A DNA stretch of 64,000 nucleotides from the human T2T-CHM13v2.0 reference genome, Homo sapiens, in assembly GCF_009914755.1 (NCBI RefSeq), contig NC_060936.1, one strand, 5' to 3'. A program made the translations under genes and the position numbers. This document shows, piece after piece, positions 52,320 through 64,000 of the stretch. Every line of letters begins with the position of its first letter. Position 1 is the first letter of the stretch. The notes beneath the pieces were generated by a model. That model searched no databases, had not been told where the DNA came from, and saw only the letters and a program-made list of their open reading frames with translations.

Positions 52320-52765
52320 TAGACTCTCCTTGACTTACAATGAGGCTGTGTCCCGATAAAGCTGTAGTAAGCTGAAAATATTGTAAGGTGGATATGCATT
52401 TCATACACCTAACCCACCAAACATCATAGCTCAGCCTCGCTTACCTTAAAGTGCTCAGGACACTTTCATCAGCCTACAGTTGGGCAAGATCATCTAGCAC
52501 AAAGCCTATTTTATAATCAAGTGTTGAATATCTCATGTATTCAACATGAGATATTTATTCATCTCATGTATTCAACATGAGATATGTATTCCTCTCATGT
52601 ATTCAACATGAGATTCAACATGTTATAATATACTGTGCTGAAAGTGAAAAACAGAGCGGCTGTATGAGTATTAGAAGTACAGTATCTAATGAATGCATAT
52701 CACTTCGGCATCATCATAAAGCTGAGAAATTGTAAGTCAAAGCATCATAAGTCGAGGACCGTCTG
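52320..52765. mobile_element. TcMar-Tigger MITE (MER47A-like) nested in a MIR
   Basis: Imperfect TIRs agactctccttgacttacaatg / catcataagtcgaggaccgtctg followed by TA; MIR sequence on both sides. Confidence 0.75.
52530..52622. repeat. 31-bp tandem repeat (about 3 units), each unit palindromic
   Basis: atctcatgt-attca-acatgagat-atttattc starting 52530, 52561, 52592. Confidence 0.9.
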
Positions 52766-53969
52766 TAATCACTGCAGGATGGAACATAAATTGCTTAACC
52801 TCGCTAAGCCTCAGTTTCTTCATCTGTAAATTGGGGATATGAATGGTACCTACCTGAAAGGTAGTTGTGAGAATTAAGTGAGAAATGCGTTTATAGTGCA
52901 TGTCTCAGTACTGGCATGTGGTAAGTGCCCAGTAAATGTGAGTTGTCAGTACCATCATCATACTACCCAGTAACTCAGGGCCATGGCGTCTCCTGCTGTT
53001 TGGTGGTGTTTGGGAGGTGAGTGAGTGTGAGGGTCCTCCAAAGGTCACAGAGCTGCTCTTTTAACTCCCCCTGACAGACACACACACTTCAGTATCTAGG
53101 ACTCGGGAAAAAGGACACTAAGCAGATTATGACTCCATTTCGGGAATTAAATCAAAACTCAAGACTAACTCAATTTGGCTTCTGACAAGAGGGAAAGGTT
53201 AAAAGGGAGTGAGGAGGCGGCTGGGTGTGCGTTCAGAATTGCAATTGGTTCTGGATCCCACCTCCAAGCCCCTCCACAGGGCCAGGCCCAAGGAGTATCC
53301 CCCGGGGGTGGAGGAGTGAAGGAGCCTTAGAACCTGTGTTATCTGAATGTGGGTGAGGTGGGGAGAACATGGTCAAGGAGTTGGGAAATTATCCAGAAAC
53401 ATTTTCCAAAGGGAGATCTTCCCGCATACCACCTCAACCTGGCCCTGGGTTGCAGGGGAACCCCAGAACGGATGGGGTCTGGGGGCTTAAGACAGGTAGG
53501 TGGCCTCAGTAGAGGGGAGAAAAAGTCCTGCTGGAGACAGTCGCCTCCCTGGAGAAGTACCTGGGCTAGTGTTCTCTTTAAAGACGACTAGCAGCAGTCC
53601 TGGTATGCTAAAAACATTATGTGTATGTGTATAAACATATATTCTGTGTGTGAGTAGCCACTCAGCTCTTACTCGGCTTCGCACATTTGGGCCAGATTAT
53701 TCTGAGCATTGTAAACTAAAAGCGAAATTCGGTTTCTACTTAAGAGAGAGCGTGATTTTCCTCAGTATTATCTCCCGTGCCCCCAACACTCCACCAGGCT
53801 TTAAAGGCCATTATACAGAAGGGAGAACTGAGACTCCAGGAAATGGGTGGCTTGTTCAGAATCACAGAAGCAGCGTGGATCCAAGAAGGGATCTGTTCCC
53901 AAACAGAAACCAGTGTCTTGGGAGAGAGAGAGCAGAGGAAGCCCGCACCTCTGCCCTAACCTGAGGCTT

Positions 53970-54410
53970 TGAGCCTCCCGCAAAGCGGAGTGAGTTGAGA
54001 GCGCCCGGAAGGCAGACGCTGCGGAGGGAGGGACTCCCGGGCTCGCCAAACAGCGGGGCCTCGGGCAAGAGCGTCGCCAGCGCGTCCTCATTCTGCGATT
54101 ACTGTCAGGGGACCATCCATCAGCGCCGCCCGGGACGCTGGGCCAGACTGCCCGCCGCCCGCCCGGGTCTCTCCAGATCGCATTAGCGTGGGGCGAGGGC
54201 GCAGTGCGGCACCGGCTGCTGAGGGAGAGGCGTGGCGGGGAGGGGGGCGGGGCGGGGGGACGAGGACATCGCGGTGGGGCCACTGCAGGGGCAGGGGAGA
54301 GGCTGCTTTAGGACCCTCCTCCTTTTCTTCCAATCTCCCGCCTCTGGGATCTAAGGTGGATGAAAGGGGCACTAGAATGGGCGGCTTTTGGGGGGCAGGG
54401 GGCGCAGAAC
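53970..54410. other. Orphan CpG island with GC boxes
   Basis: Dense CpG; GGGGCGGGGCGGGGG at about 54244-54259. Confidence 0.7.
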
Positions 54411-57400
54411 ACTGAAGGCATCAGGGAAGGGTAGTGATGGGGGCAGTTACCAGAAGCAGAGAGGAAGAAATACCTGTAAAGGGGAAAGCCAGAGAAATTG
54501 TCTGGGGAGGGGAGAGACTGAAAATGGGGGTGCAGAGATTGGGGGTTAGTGGAAGAAAAAGACTCAAAGGGAAAGGAAAAGAGAAGCTGTAGAGGGAAAG
54601 AGAATTGGAAAGGAATTGAGGAGAGAGCAGGGAAATAGGAAACCACAGATCGTCAGGGGCCGACAAAACCTTAGAGACAATCTACTGCAGCCCCTCATTC
54701 TACAAATGAAGAAATGGAGGCCCAGAGAGGGGAATCCCTTCTCCAAAGACCCACTCCACCTGCTAGCTGGGCAGGCTCTTGACCCCAGGCTCATTCATTC
54801 AACCCATGTGTTTTGAGCATCTGCTGTGTGCTGGGCACTCGTCTGCGGAGATGATGCAGGATCAGCTCCTGACCTCCAGAAGCTACAGTCTTTCCTCAGG
54901 GGCTTGGAGGGGCTGAGCATCCAGGAAGCTCCCTCACCCCAAGCCATCAGGGACTCCCTGAGCCCCACCTCTCCTGGCCATTGAACCTTCCTTGCCCTCT
55001 GCTGTTCTGCTTATCTCCTCATGGAGGGTGGCAGTTCCCTGGAAGATCTTCCCTCTCCACTTTCCTGGGGACTCCCCAGGTGTGGAGACAGGTACTTGAT
55101 AGTTTGGCCAACTTGTTCTATCTCCCACAGCCAACAGGGTAGGCCTAAAAGCAAAGTCCATATTCCTTGCTGGGTTTCTCCTCTGGGCATGGACAAATCC
55201 CACAGGTTGCACTGAGATCCAATCGAGCTGTGGTAAGGAGGATTGAGGCTGGACATGAAGAAGTACTTCCAGGTCCCACAGTCTGGGACCATTTTCTTGC
55301 TGGGGCTTTAAAGTAGCTGTCCTTCTGTGAGCACAGTGTTGGCACCATCTTCCAGGGAAGGACTTGTCTTCCTCAGTCTCCAGTTAGCCTTGTGCGAGGC
55401 ATTATGCTGGGAATGTTGGGGTTCCAGATACCTGGTCTCTGACCATGGGGTTTCTGCTCTAGACATGGGTGAACTGACATCTCCCTGGCATCCTCCCAGT
55501 TACTGCCAGCTCTGCAACATCATGGAACCCCTGAGTCCTTCACAACTCCCAGATCATCTCATCCTTCCTCCTTGCTCTGGGAAGACCATGTCTGAGTAGT
55601 TCCAACCAACCTCTCACCTTAAACCCAGTCCCTGACAACCAGAAGTACCTCCTTAGTCTGGACTTGACCTTCCTTGCTGCCATGGTCCATCAGCGATGAC
55701 CAGGGCTGAAGCAGCACGTTTTTTCTATAAACACCCCTCCCTCCCAGTGATGCTCACCCAATCCTCGGTGGTCAGGCAGGGAGTGGGGACAGCTTCCTGG
55801 CAAGAGCTCTGGAAGGCAGCTCTGCCTCCTCTGCCTGAAGCAAGCTCCTATATACTCTGAGATGGTGGTGTTCATTTTAAAGAAGGGACCATCTTTCCTC
55901 CACAGCCCAGCTTACATTTGGAGGGAGACAAATGTGAGTTTCCAATCCCAGAATCTTAGCCACTGTACCAATCTCCATGGATGCATGGGATTCAGGAAAG
56001 GAGAGAAATGAGCAGAGTGAGGACATGAATAAAATCCATTTCATACCCCTTGTTCCAGCCCAACTTCCAGGGAAAGGCCCACAGAGGGCAAGAGAGGTGG
56101 ACACTGAAAATTCCAGACTAAAGACGAACAGACAGATTTCAGCATTATTCCTTCTTGTAGGCAAAGTGGTGCCTGAGGATCTAACCAATGAAAAAGCCTG
56201 GGAAATAGGCTGTTTCTGCACCCCCTGACCCTTCATGCAGAGCAGGATATCGGCTTCAGCCCAGGAGCAATGCTAGAAGTTGAGAGGTTTGGAGTAGACT
56301 GTGAAGCAGTTCCTCCGAGGGCATGCCAGATGAGGGGGTTGGAGCACCCAGCCCAGAACAGCATCCAAGGAAGGAGGCCTTGGCAGTAACTCTCTGTGTC
56401 TCTGTATTAACTTCACATACATTGTCTTGTGTGATCCTCAGTGCCAGGTTCAGCACCAGGCACAGAATACATGCTAGCTGTACAAATGCATAAGTGAAGA
56501 GCCATGGGAGGAAGGTCAGGATCCTCAATTATAGATGAAGAAACAGACACACAGAAAGGTTAAATGACTTGCTCAAGTTCACATATCTCATCAGAGACAG
56601 GGCCAAGTTTCAGTGGAGAGCCACTTTAGTGGTAGAGGGTGGTAGGGAGGAGGGAGGCAGGAAGGGAGGGAATGAACCATCAGATACCACACCAGGGGGA
56701 GAGGAGAGCTGTCATCTCTTTCTCTTTGTGAAAAGAGATTACTTCCTGGGAAAGACGGCATTTAAGACCATACAGTTTTAAAAATAACCCATTGAAGGTT
56801 GATGTGTAGCATATGCAAAGTTCTGCCAAAAACATGGAGAGGTCAATGAGTAGACGAGGTCATTGAGGATCAGAAAAGAAAGACAACACTGAGAGTCTGG
56901 ACAGCTAAGCCCCAGAATTTTGCTAGTCTTAAATGCTGGGTGACATCAGGCCAGCCACACCCCTCTCTGAGCCTGTAGAGAATGGAGATGCCAGATGAGG
57001 AGGAGGGTACACATGGGCAAGAGGAGGCAGGTCATTGCCTTCAGGGTAGCAATTGGAGGCATCAAGTTCCCACTTCCCTAGACCTATTCTTTGTTGTTAT
57101 TATTGTTGTTTCTTTCATCTGATTTTAATTGTTTTATGTTTTTGAATAGGAAATACATGTACATGGTTCAAAACTCAAAAGGCACCAAAAGTTATACAGT
57201 GACAAGTAAGTCTCCCCGGAACCTCAGAACTCCCAGGCCACCCATGTCCTCACTCCATTATAACTGCAGTAACCACTGAATTGTATAACCTCCAAAGGTA
57301 TTTTCTGCTTCTCCTGGCTTGTACCCTGAGGCCACCACAAAGCTGAGTTGAGCACTGATATTCTGAGGAGAGGCGGTACGCACGTTTTGGCCCCTGGACT

Positions 57401-58279
57401 GGTGGGGCCTTGGAATACTAAATACTCTCAGTTTCCACTCTGAAAAGATGCAGAAACTTGAGGTCAGGAGAGAGGACATTTCTGCATGCTTAGAAGCTCA
57501 GAAGCCTCGCAGGTGAGAGGATGGAGTTGGGAGCCAGGCAGAAGCAGGAACCCTCTCCGGGGCTCCAGTACCACACTCACACCCCAGAGCCTCACAGTGC
57601 CCTCTGGGTTAGCCTGGCTCAGGTGTGCACCCAGTTAGGTCCTGCTCAAGTTTTCCAGAGAACAAGGCCCAGTGCTTCCCCTCCACCACCTGTCACATTG
57701 TTGGGAGGCCTTTCTTGATGTCTCACTCTAGTTCCTTCGACTTTGGGTGCAGCCCATGGCTTTTGATTCTGCCCTCAGTGGAGATGGAACATGCTCTTGG
57801 AGATGATAGCTTCCAGTGACCCAGGCTCTTCCTCCCACTTGCATACACAATTTTCCTTCAGGCCCTCTAATTCCACCTCAATCTTTTTTCCGGACTTAGA
57901 AGACACATGCCTGTTCTTTCAGCTACCCTCCCCCACCTGAATTCCCAGTCTGCTTCCATTCCCAACCACCTCATTCTTGCCCTGCACATCCCTTTGGCAT
58001 TATTGTCCCCAAGTATGCTTTGGTCATGAAGATGGTAAAATCCCAACCTAAAGCTAAGTCCTCCACCAGATTCCAGAGGTAAATCCAGCCTAGTCTCTTT
58101 GTTAACTGAATCTCTCCATTTTGGGTGATGCCCTAGCCCGACTCTTGAACTTGTGCCCAACACTCTGACTCTCAGATCCTCACACATGGCCTGTTGTGAG
58201 ATAAGGCACAAGTTCACCCCAAGCCTGGGATGGCCTCCCCTCTGTTCTCTTCTCCAAACCCTCCCCTGGTGAACCTCAT

Positions 58280-59320
58280 CCTTTGCATTTACTCACTAAG
58301 CAATTATTATTGAGCACTATTCCAAGTTCTTAGAATAAATACATTGGTGATCAAAACAGAGAAAGACCCCCCGCCTGTGTGGAGTTTACATTCTAGCAGA
58401 GAGAGACAGATAATGAACAATATTCTTACTAAATAAGTAAATTATATCATATATTAGAAAATTATAATTGTTACAGAAAAGGAATAGATCAAGTACAGAA
58501 GGATCAGCATGGAGGGGAAATCTGAGGTTTTTAATATGGTTGTCAAGGAGATCTCACTGAGAATATGGTATTTGAACAAAGACTTAGAGGTGAGAGAGGA
58601 AGTAAGCCCCATAGACATCTTGGCAAGAGTATTCCAAGTAGAGGGAGTGGCTGGTGCTAAGGCCCTGAGGCAGGAACATGCCTGGCAAGTCTCTGGGAGT
58701 GAGCAAGAGTGGGAGGAGATGGCATCAGAGAGGTAAGGAGGGAACAGACGATGTTCGGCCTCGTAAGTCAACTTAAGGACTTTGCTTTTTACTCTGAGTG
58801 AAGTAGAGAGGAAAGACATGATTGGACTTCAGGGTCTTGTTTTGTTTTGTTTTGAGAGAGAGTCTCACTCTGTCACCCAAGCTAGAGTGCAGTGGCACAA
58901 TCTTGACTCACTACAACTTCTGCCACCCAGGTTCAAGTGATTCTTATGCCTCAGCCTCCCAAGTAGCTGGGATTACAGGCACCTGCCACCATGCCCAGCT
59001 AATTTTTGTAGTTTTAGTAGAGACGGGGTTTCACCATCTTGGACAGGCTGGTCTTGAACTCCTGACCTCGTGATCCACCCACCTTGGCCTCCCAAAGTGC
59101 TGGGATTACAGTCGTGAGCCACTGCACCTGGCCTGGACTTCAATTTTTAAATAGTCTTTTTGTCTTTTGTGTTGAGAATAGATCACAGAAGGCCAAGGGA
59201 AGATGCAGGGAGATTTGTTGAAAGGTCATTGCACTAATCCAAGTGAGAAATGTGTGGCTTGGACCAGGATGGCAGCAGTGCATGTGGTGAGAAAGGCCCA
59301 AATTCTGGATTTGGTGACAG
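58280..59320. mobile_element. LINE L2 3' remnant interrupted by an Alu
   Basis: catttactcactaagcaattattattgagcac..., ggccctgaggcaggaacatgcctggc..., aaggactttgctttttactctgagtga are typical L2 motifs. Confidence 0.75.
58837..59133 (-). mobile_element. Alu (AluS-like)
   Basis: Full Alu; flanking tggacttca repeats. Confidence 0.93.
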
Positions 59321-61768
59321 TTTCCTCTTCCTTGGCTTCCATCCTTTTGCTCTCTTTGCTTCCTCTCTTCTTTTCTAGGTTGTATGTTTTCTCTCTTCTT
59401 GAAGGCTGAGAGCTCTCTGTGGATGGGGCTCAATCTCTGTTCCTGGGATCCGGGGCAGGATCCCAGGCAAAGGGCAGACAGGCCCCATGCTGCCTGGGAA
59501 CAGGCTGACAAGCCACGCAGCTTCACAGCCCTCCCCAGTTACAGGGTCCCTGAGCCAAGGGGAAGAGGCTCCTGTTTCTAAAGAGGATGTGATGGACAGT
59601 TATTGAAGGCACTCAGCTGGGGGCTCCACTCTAGTCTTAATCTGAGCCGCCCTCAAGGAAATCATAACCAGCTCTTAAAAACATGTTAAGACCAAAGCTG
59701 GTGCGTGTGTTTGAGCGGAGCTTCAGACAGCTACTTAACACTGGGGGCTTCTGGGCTTTTGATTCCTCCACTTCTAGCCTGCCATCTCCCCACAGCTGGC
59801 TGGTGCTTATCAGCCAAGACGTTGTTTAAATCACACTCATTTCCTATAAACATTTCACTTGAAATGCCATACTCTGCTCCAGAAATTCATCTATCACCAG
59901 CCTAGGGGTGTAGTTGAGGAGCCTTGGGGTGATCGCTCCCCATCTCTACCCCTGCCCCCAGTCACCCCTCCTCCCATGACCCATATTCTCAGGTTTCACG
60001 CCATAAGAACTACTTCCCCTCGGTGTAACAGGGCACTTAGTGCCAGAATTATTTATAACATTGAGATGGCAACAGGGCAATAGGGAGCAGCCCAGCCCAT
60101 GGACACTTTCTCTTTGAAAGCTCGATCAATGGACCTAGATCACTGTTTACTACTTGGTGTCTCGGCCTCTGCCGTGTTTCCTGCTGGCTTTGGGGGATGG
60201 GGAAACAGGGGTCCGGACCAGGTCAAGGCTGTCCTCAGAGTTTAAGATGCTTATAAGCCAGGCCTCCAATAAAGTTATGCCTTCACTGTACCTCTATTCC
60301 TTGGCCAGGCACTTCCCTGCCTCAGGTGAGCTCTCTTCTTGGAAATGAACCATTCTTGGGGCTTTTCTCAAACAGGAGCCCTCTGCCTCCCCCAGGAAAG
60401 CTGGCATTATGTCCCTACCACAGTGGCAGAGCTAGGACTTGAGCTGAGGAAGTCATCTGATATGGATCAGAATGGGGATGTGGAAGATTCCGGGAGTTCT
60501 TCCGAGGAATGGCTTGAATTGGCCCCACCCAGTCTGGAGTGGAGGTAGAGGGATGGATGAATTCACTTCTTAAGGACTGAAAACCTTTTTACCATCCTCT
60601 TCCTCCCCAGCTATAGCCAATTACTCATTGTCCTAATTTGAAGGCTCTGTTGTCTGGACTGGAGGATTTTTACCCATTTTCCAGCCTCTCTCCCAGTCTC
60701 ATTTATTTGGGCAGTGTCACATTAAAGGCATTGCCAGACTTCCTAGTCCTTCCCAAAGGCCTGACCCAACTCCTTCCCAAATGGTGAAGCACCTCTGCCT
60801 CCTTCCCTCTACACCTGTGGACCTACCACACTGGGGAACTCCTAGGTGAGTTCCAGAGAAAGCCCAGGTGAAAGACTATGAGCCAGTCAGAAGGGATCAG
60901 GGTAGAACCCAAGTTGGGACAGGCAGGGGAGGCAGTCCCAGTCTTTAGGGGGGTCAAGTAATTCCCCTTTACAAGCCAAATGAAGAAAAAAAGTTCTAGG
61001 GGGAGCATATGACTCCATAAAATAAAGGACATAATTGGGAGCGATATCTAATTTATCTGTTGAATGCCTCCTACGTACTCTTTTATCACTTAGATGGACA
61101 GAATATAATTGGTGTGCTGAACGCCATCAATCTCAGGGCCTGGGCTTCCTGTGCTGGCTACACCTATTACTGTCAGATTATGACACTGTAATACCAAGAT
61201 CAATGACATTTTAAATGTGCTCCAGTTATGGGCAATTGCTGACAATAAAAACAGTGACAAATTGATGAAACTTGGGCAGCGATGATCTGGTGTCAAAAAT
61301 AAACCATAAATAATCTGATTTCCAAATTGAGAGAGGTGCCTGGGACACCAGCTTAGGGGGGAAAGGCCCAGCGAGAAGAGAACCTATCCTGCCCACATGA
61401 TCTTGGCCACTCGGAAGCCACCTGCTCTGGAAAACTCCCTCTAGGCTGACCTGCAAGGCCCCAGCAGGAAGATGGAGAGGTGGTCTTTGGTTAAGGCTTG
61501 GGTTCCCCTTAGAGAGAATCGTCATCACTGAGACTCTGGGAAGTGTCTGTGTGTGGCTGCCAAGGTGGGCGCCACACAAACTCACTGAGATACTGGTGGG
61601 TGGTCTTTCATGTCCTGCCCACACTGAGGAATTAGGGCAGACTGGTTGAGTCATAGAATCACACTTAGCCAATGTTAAAGCTAAAAGAGACCTTGAGAGT
61701 CTCTCTTCATGGAGGGTCAGGCTCTGTCCTCCAATCTGGCTCAGCAGAGGGACCTGGATCTTCCCTAA

Positions 61769-62197
<429 letters not shown>

Positions 62198-62287
62198 TCC
62201 AGCTCCTTATTTTTAATGGATTACCTTAATTTGTAGTATTCCTTTCATACATTTTTCTCACTTTAATAATCACAATTTTAAAATATG

Positions 62288-62354
62288 AATACTTTAGTAG
62301 CATTGCTAATACTACTTTATATAATAATACTTTAGTAGTATTGCTAATACTACT
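62288..62354. repeat. 29-bp direct repeat, period 38
   Basis: aatactttagtag(c/t)attgctaatactact x2. Confidence 0.85.
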
Positions 62355-62741
62355 ATTACAAGGATAACTACTATTGGGAAGCATTTATTGCGCAACTACT
62401 ATATGTAAACTGTTCCAGGTGTTTCATGTGTATTATTTTTCATCCCCACAGCAGCCCTGTGGGGTGGGTATTGTTCTTCACATTTTAGAAGTGAGGAAAC
62501 AAGCTTAGAGTCGTAGTGATGTGCCTAAGATGACACAGCTGATAAGCAGTGGAGCAAGAAAGGAGCCTGGGATGTGGCTCAACATTCATCTTTTTTCCAT
62601 TGCCCCTTTCACAGACCTTTATATTCCCATTTATAGACGGGGCTGAGGGCCTCCCTAAAGAACCTATAGTTAGTCAAAGGCAGAGCTAGACCTAAGCCTA
62701 GCTTTTCTGACACTTCTCGTATTAGACCTGCATTGTACGTA

Positions 62742-62862
62742 TTTTTTTTTTAAAGACTGGTCAAATGCAGTAGTGAGAAGGGGGAAGGAGCAGAACAAGG
62801 ATTTGGATCTGTAACTGACTGTGAACAATCAATTGAGATAGGGCACTACCTTTGGACCACCC
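62742..62862 (-). pseudogene. Y RNA (RNY1-like) retropseudogene with oligo(A) tail
   Basis: Reverse complement reads gggtggtccaaaggtagtgccctatctcaattgattgttcacagtcagttacagatcc...ttctcactactgcatttgaccagtcttt, matching hY1 with substitutions; T-run 62742-62751 is the tail. Confidence 0.9.
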
Positions 62863-64000
62863 CCCACGCTCTTTCCAGATGCACCACAACAGTCCTTTCC
62901 CCAGGTCACCACCACTCCCTCAGCCAGGGGCTTCAGCCTTGGCCTCTAAGAGTCAGCAGGGGGTCACAGTTGGCTTTGAAACCAAGCAGACAGGTGTTTG
63001 AATCCCCACTCTGCCACCTTACAGCTGTGTGGCTTTAGGTAGATGGTTGTGAGAATTTAAATGGCATAAGCATATAAAAGCATTTGGCGTAGAGTCTGGC
63101 ACATAGTAGTGCTCACTAAATGGTAGTCATTAAAGATACAACCTGGGACAGTGGCAGCTAGTTTAACAAACCACCACACTCCGTAGCACCTCTCACCTGG
63201 GTGCAAGTGCCCCAGGCCACACTGCAGTAGCTGCACGCTGAGGGTGTCCCCAGATATATAAGAAGCCTCTCCAAGGGCCACAGAGGTTTTTTGATGGCAA
63301 ATGGTTTAAAACATCGTTTTTATATTAAGTTGTATAAAATATACTATGTTATAAAATGCAAAGTTTGCATCATTTTAGAGCTAAAACTTAAGGCCACAAA
63401 AGAATCTATTTTCTTATTAATAAAAAATCCTATTTTTATATAATGCAAATAACGAAGATGAAGTAACCTATTATTTAATTAAACATGTCTTTAAAAAAAA
63501 AAAAAAAAGAAATAATTGGTCCTTGCTAATGGCCCTTCAGGGCAAGCCCCCAGACTGCTGGGGTCCAAGTTTACCCTCCTGCCTCTAATATCAAAGGGAC
63601 TTTGGCAGAAAAGTTTGAGAAACCCTGTCAGGAACAGAGCCTACACAAGGACCACGAAATCTGACTTCTTCATTCTTTAAAAGAACAAAACAAATAGCAA
63701 CATTGTTTTTTCTACCTTCCTACTGTTTTACCTTCAAGTTTAGCATTAAGAACATGAAATGTTTTGTTTAAATTTATGATTCTTATTTCTGATTCCTTTC
63801 TGTTTAATAATTACTAGCTGAATCATTAATCATCAACCAAGTGAATGGTCACACTTTATAGAAGGCTACAAGGTGGAACACAAGATTTGTTGGATTCTTA
63901 AGAAAGAAACTAAAAGCTGCTTGCGACTTAGATGCTCCTAAGTTTTATGACTGTGGTGGGAATTTGAGCATCCAGGCCTTGCTTCTGATGGTCCTCTCGT

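Larger units (their letters stand above)
51820..52950. mobile_element. Cluster of MIR fragments
   Basis: MIR core ctcagtttcttcatctgtaaaa at about 51917 and 52810. Confidence 0.65.

Noticed and set aside
52530-52622. CRISPR-like repeat array
   Set aside because: Human DNA, no unique spacers, no cas genes; it is a tandem repeat

Overview
Human (primate: AluY/AluS, MIR, L2, MLT1) genomic DNA covering the 3' (anterior) end of the HOXC cluster and about 44 kb beyond it. The only supported protein-coding gene is HOXC4 (+ strand, CDS 17488-17926 joined to 18415-18770, 264 aa, YPWM hexapeptide plus homeodomain). It has a 117-nt upstream non-coding exon (16725-16841) and a 3' UTR ending near 19.6 kb. 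Bases 1-27 kb are almost transposon-free and rich in Hox-type elements: two DR5 retinoic-acid response elements (RAREs) flanking HOXC4, NF-Y/E-box modules, and PBX/HOX/MEIS/CDX sites. Beyond 27 kb transposons are dense, except for a second repeat-poor, CpG-rich block at about 39-46.8 kb. That block holds an orphan DR5 RARE next to a PBX-HOX site, a (GGGGCC)n tract and a perfect 23-bp hairpin; a dense MEIS-site cluster lies at 61 kb. Best leads: (i) a possible surviving regulatory landscape of the lost anterior HOXC genes (Hoxc3/Hoxc1), and (ii) uORFs in two alternative HOXC4 leaders that both end in the same TAATG stop-start overlap. All other track ORFs look spurious. Repeat subfamily names and paralogue comparisons are from memory and were not run against databases.
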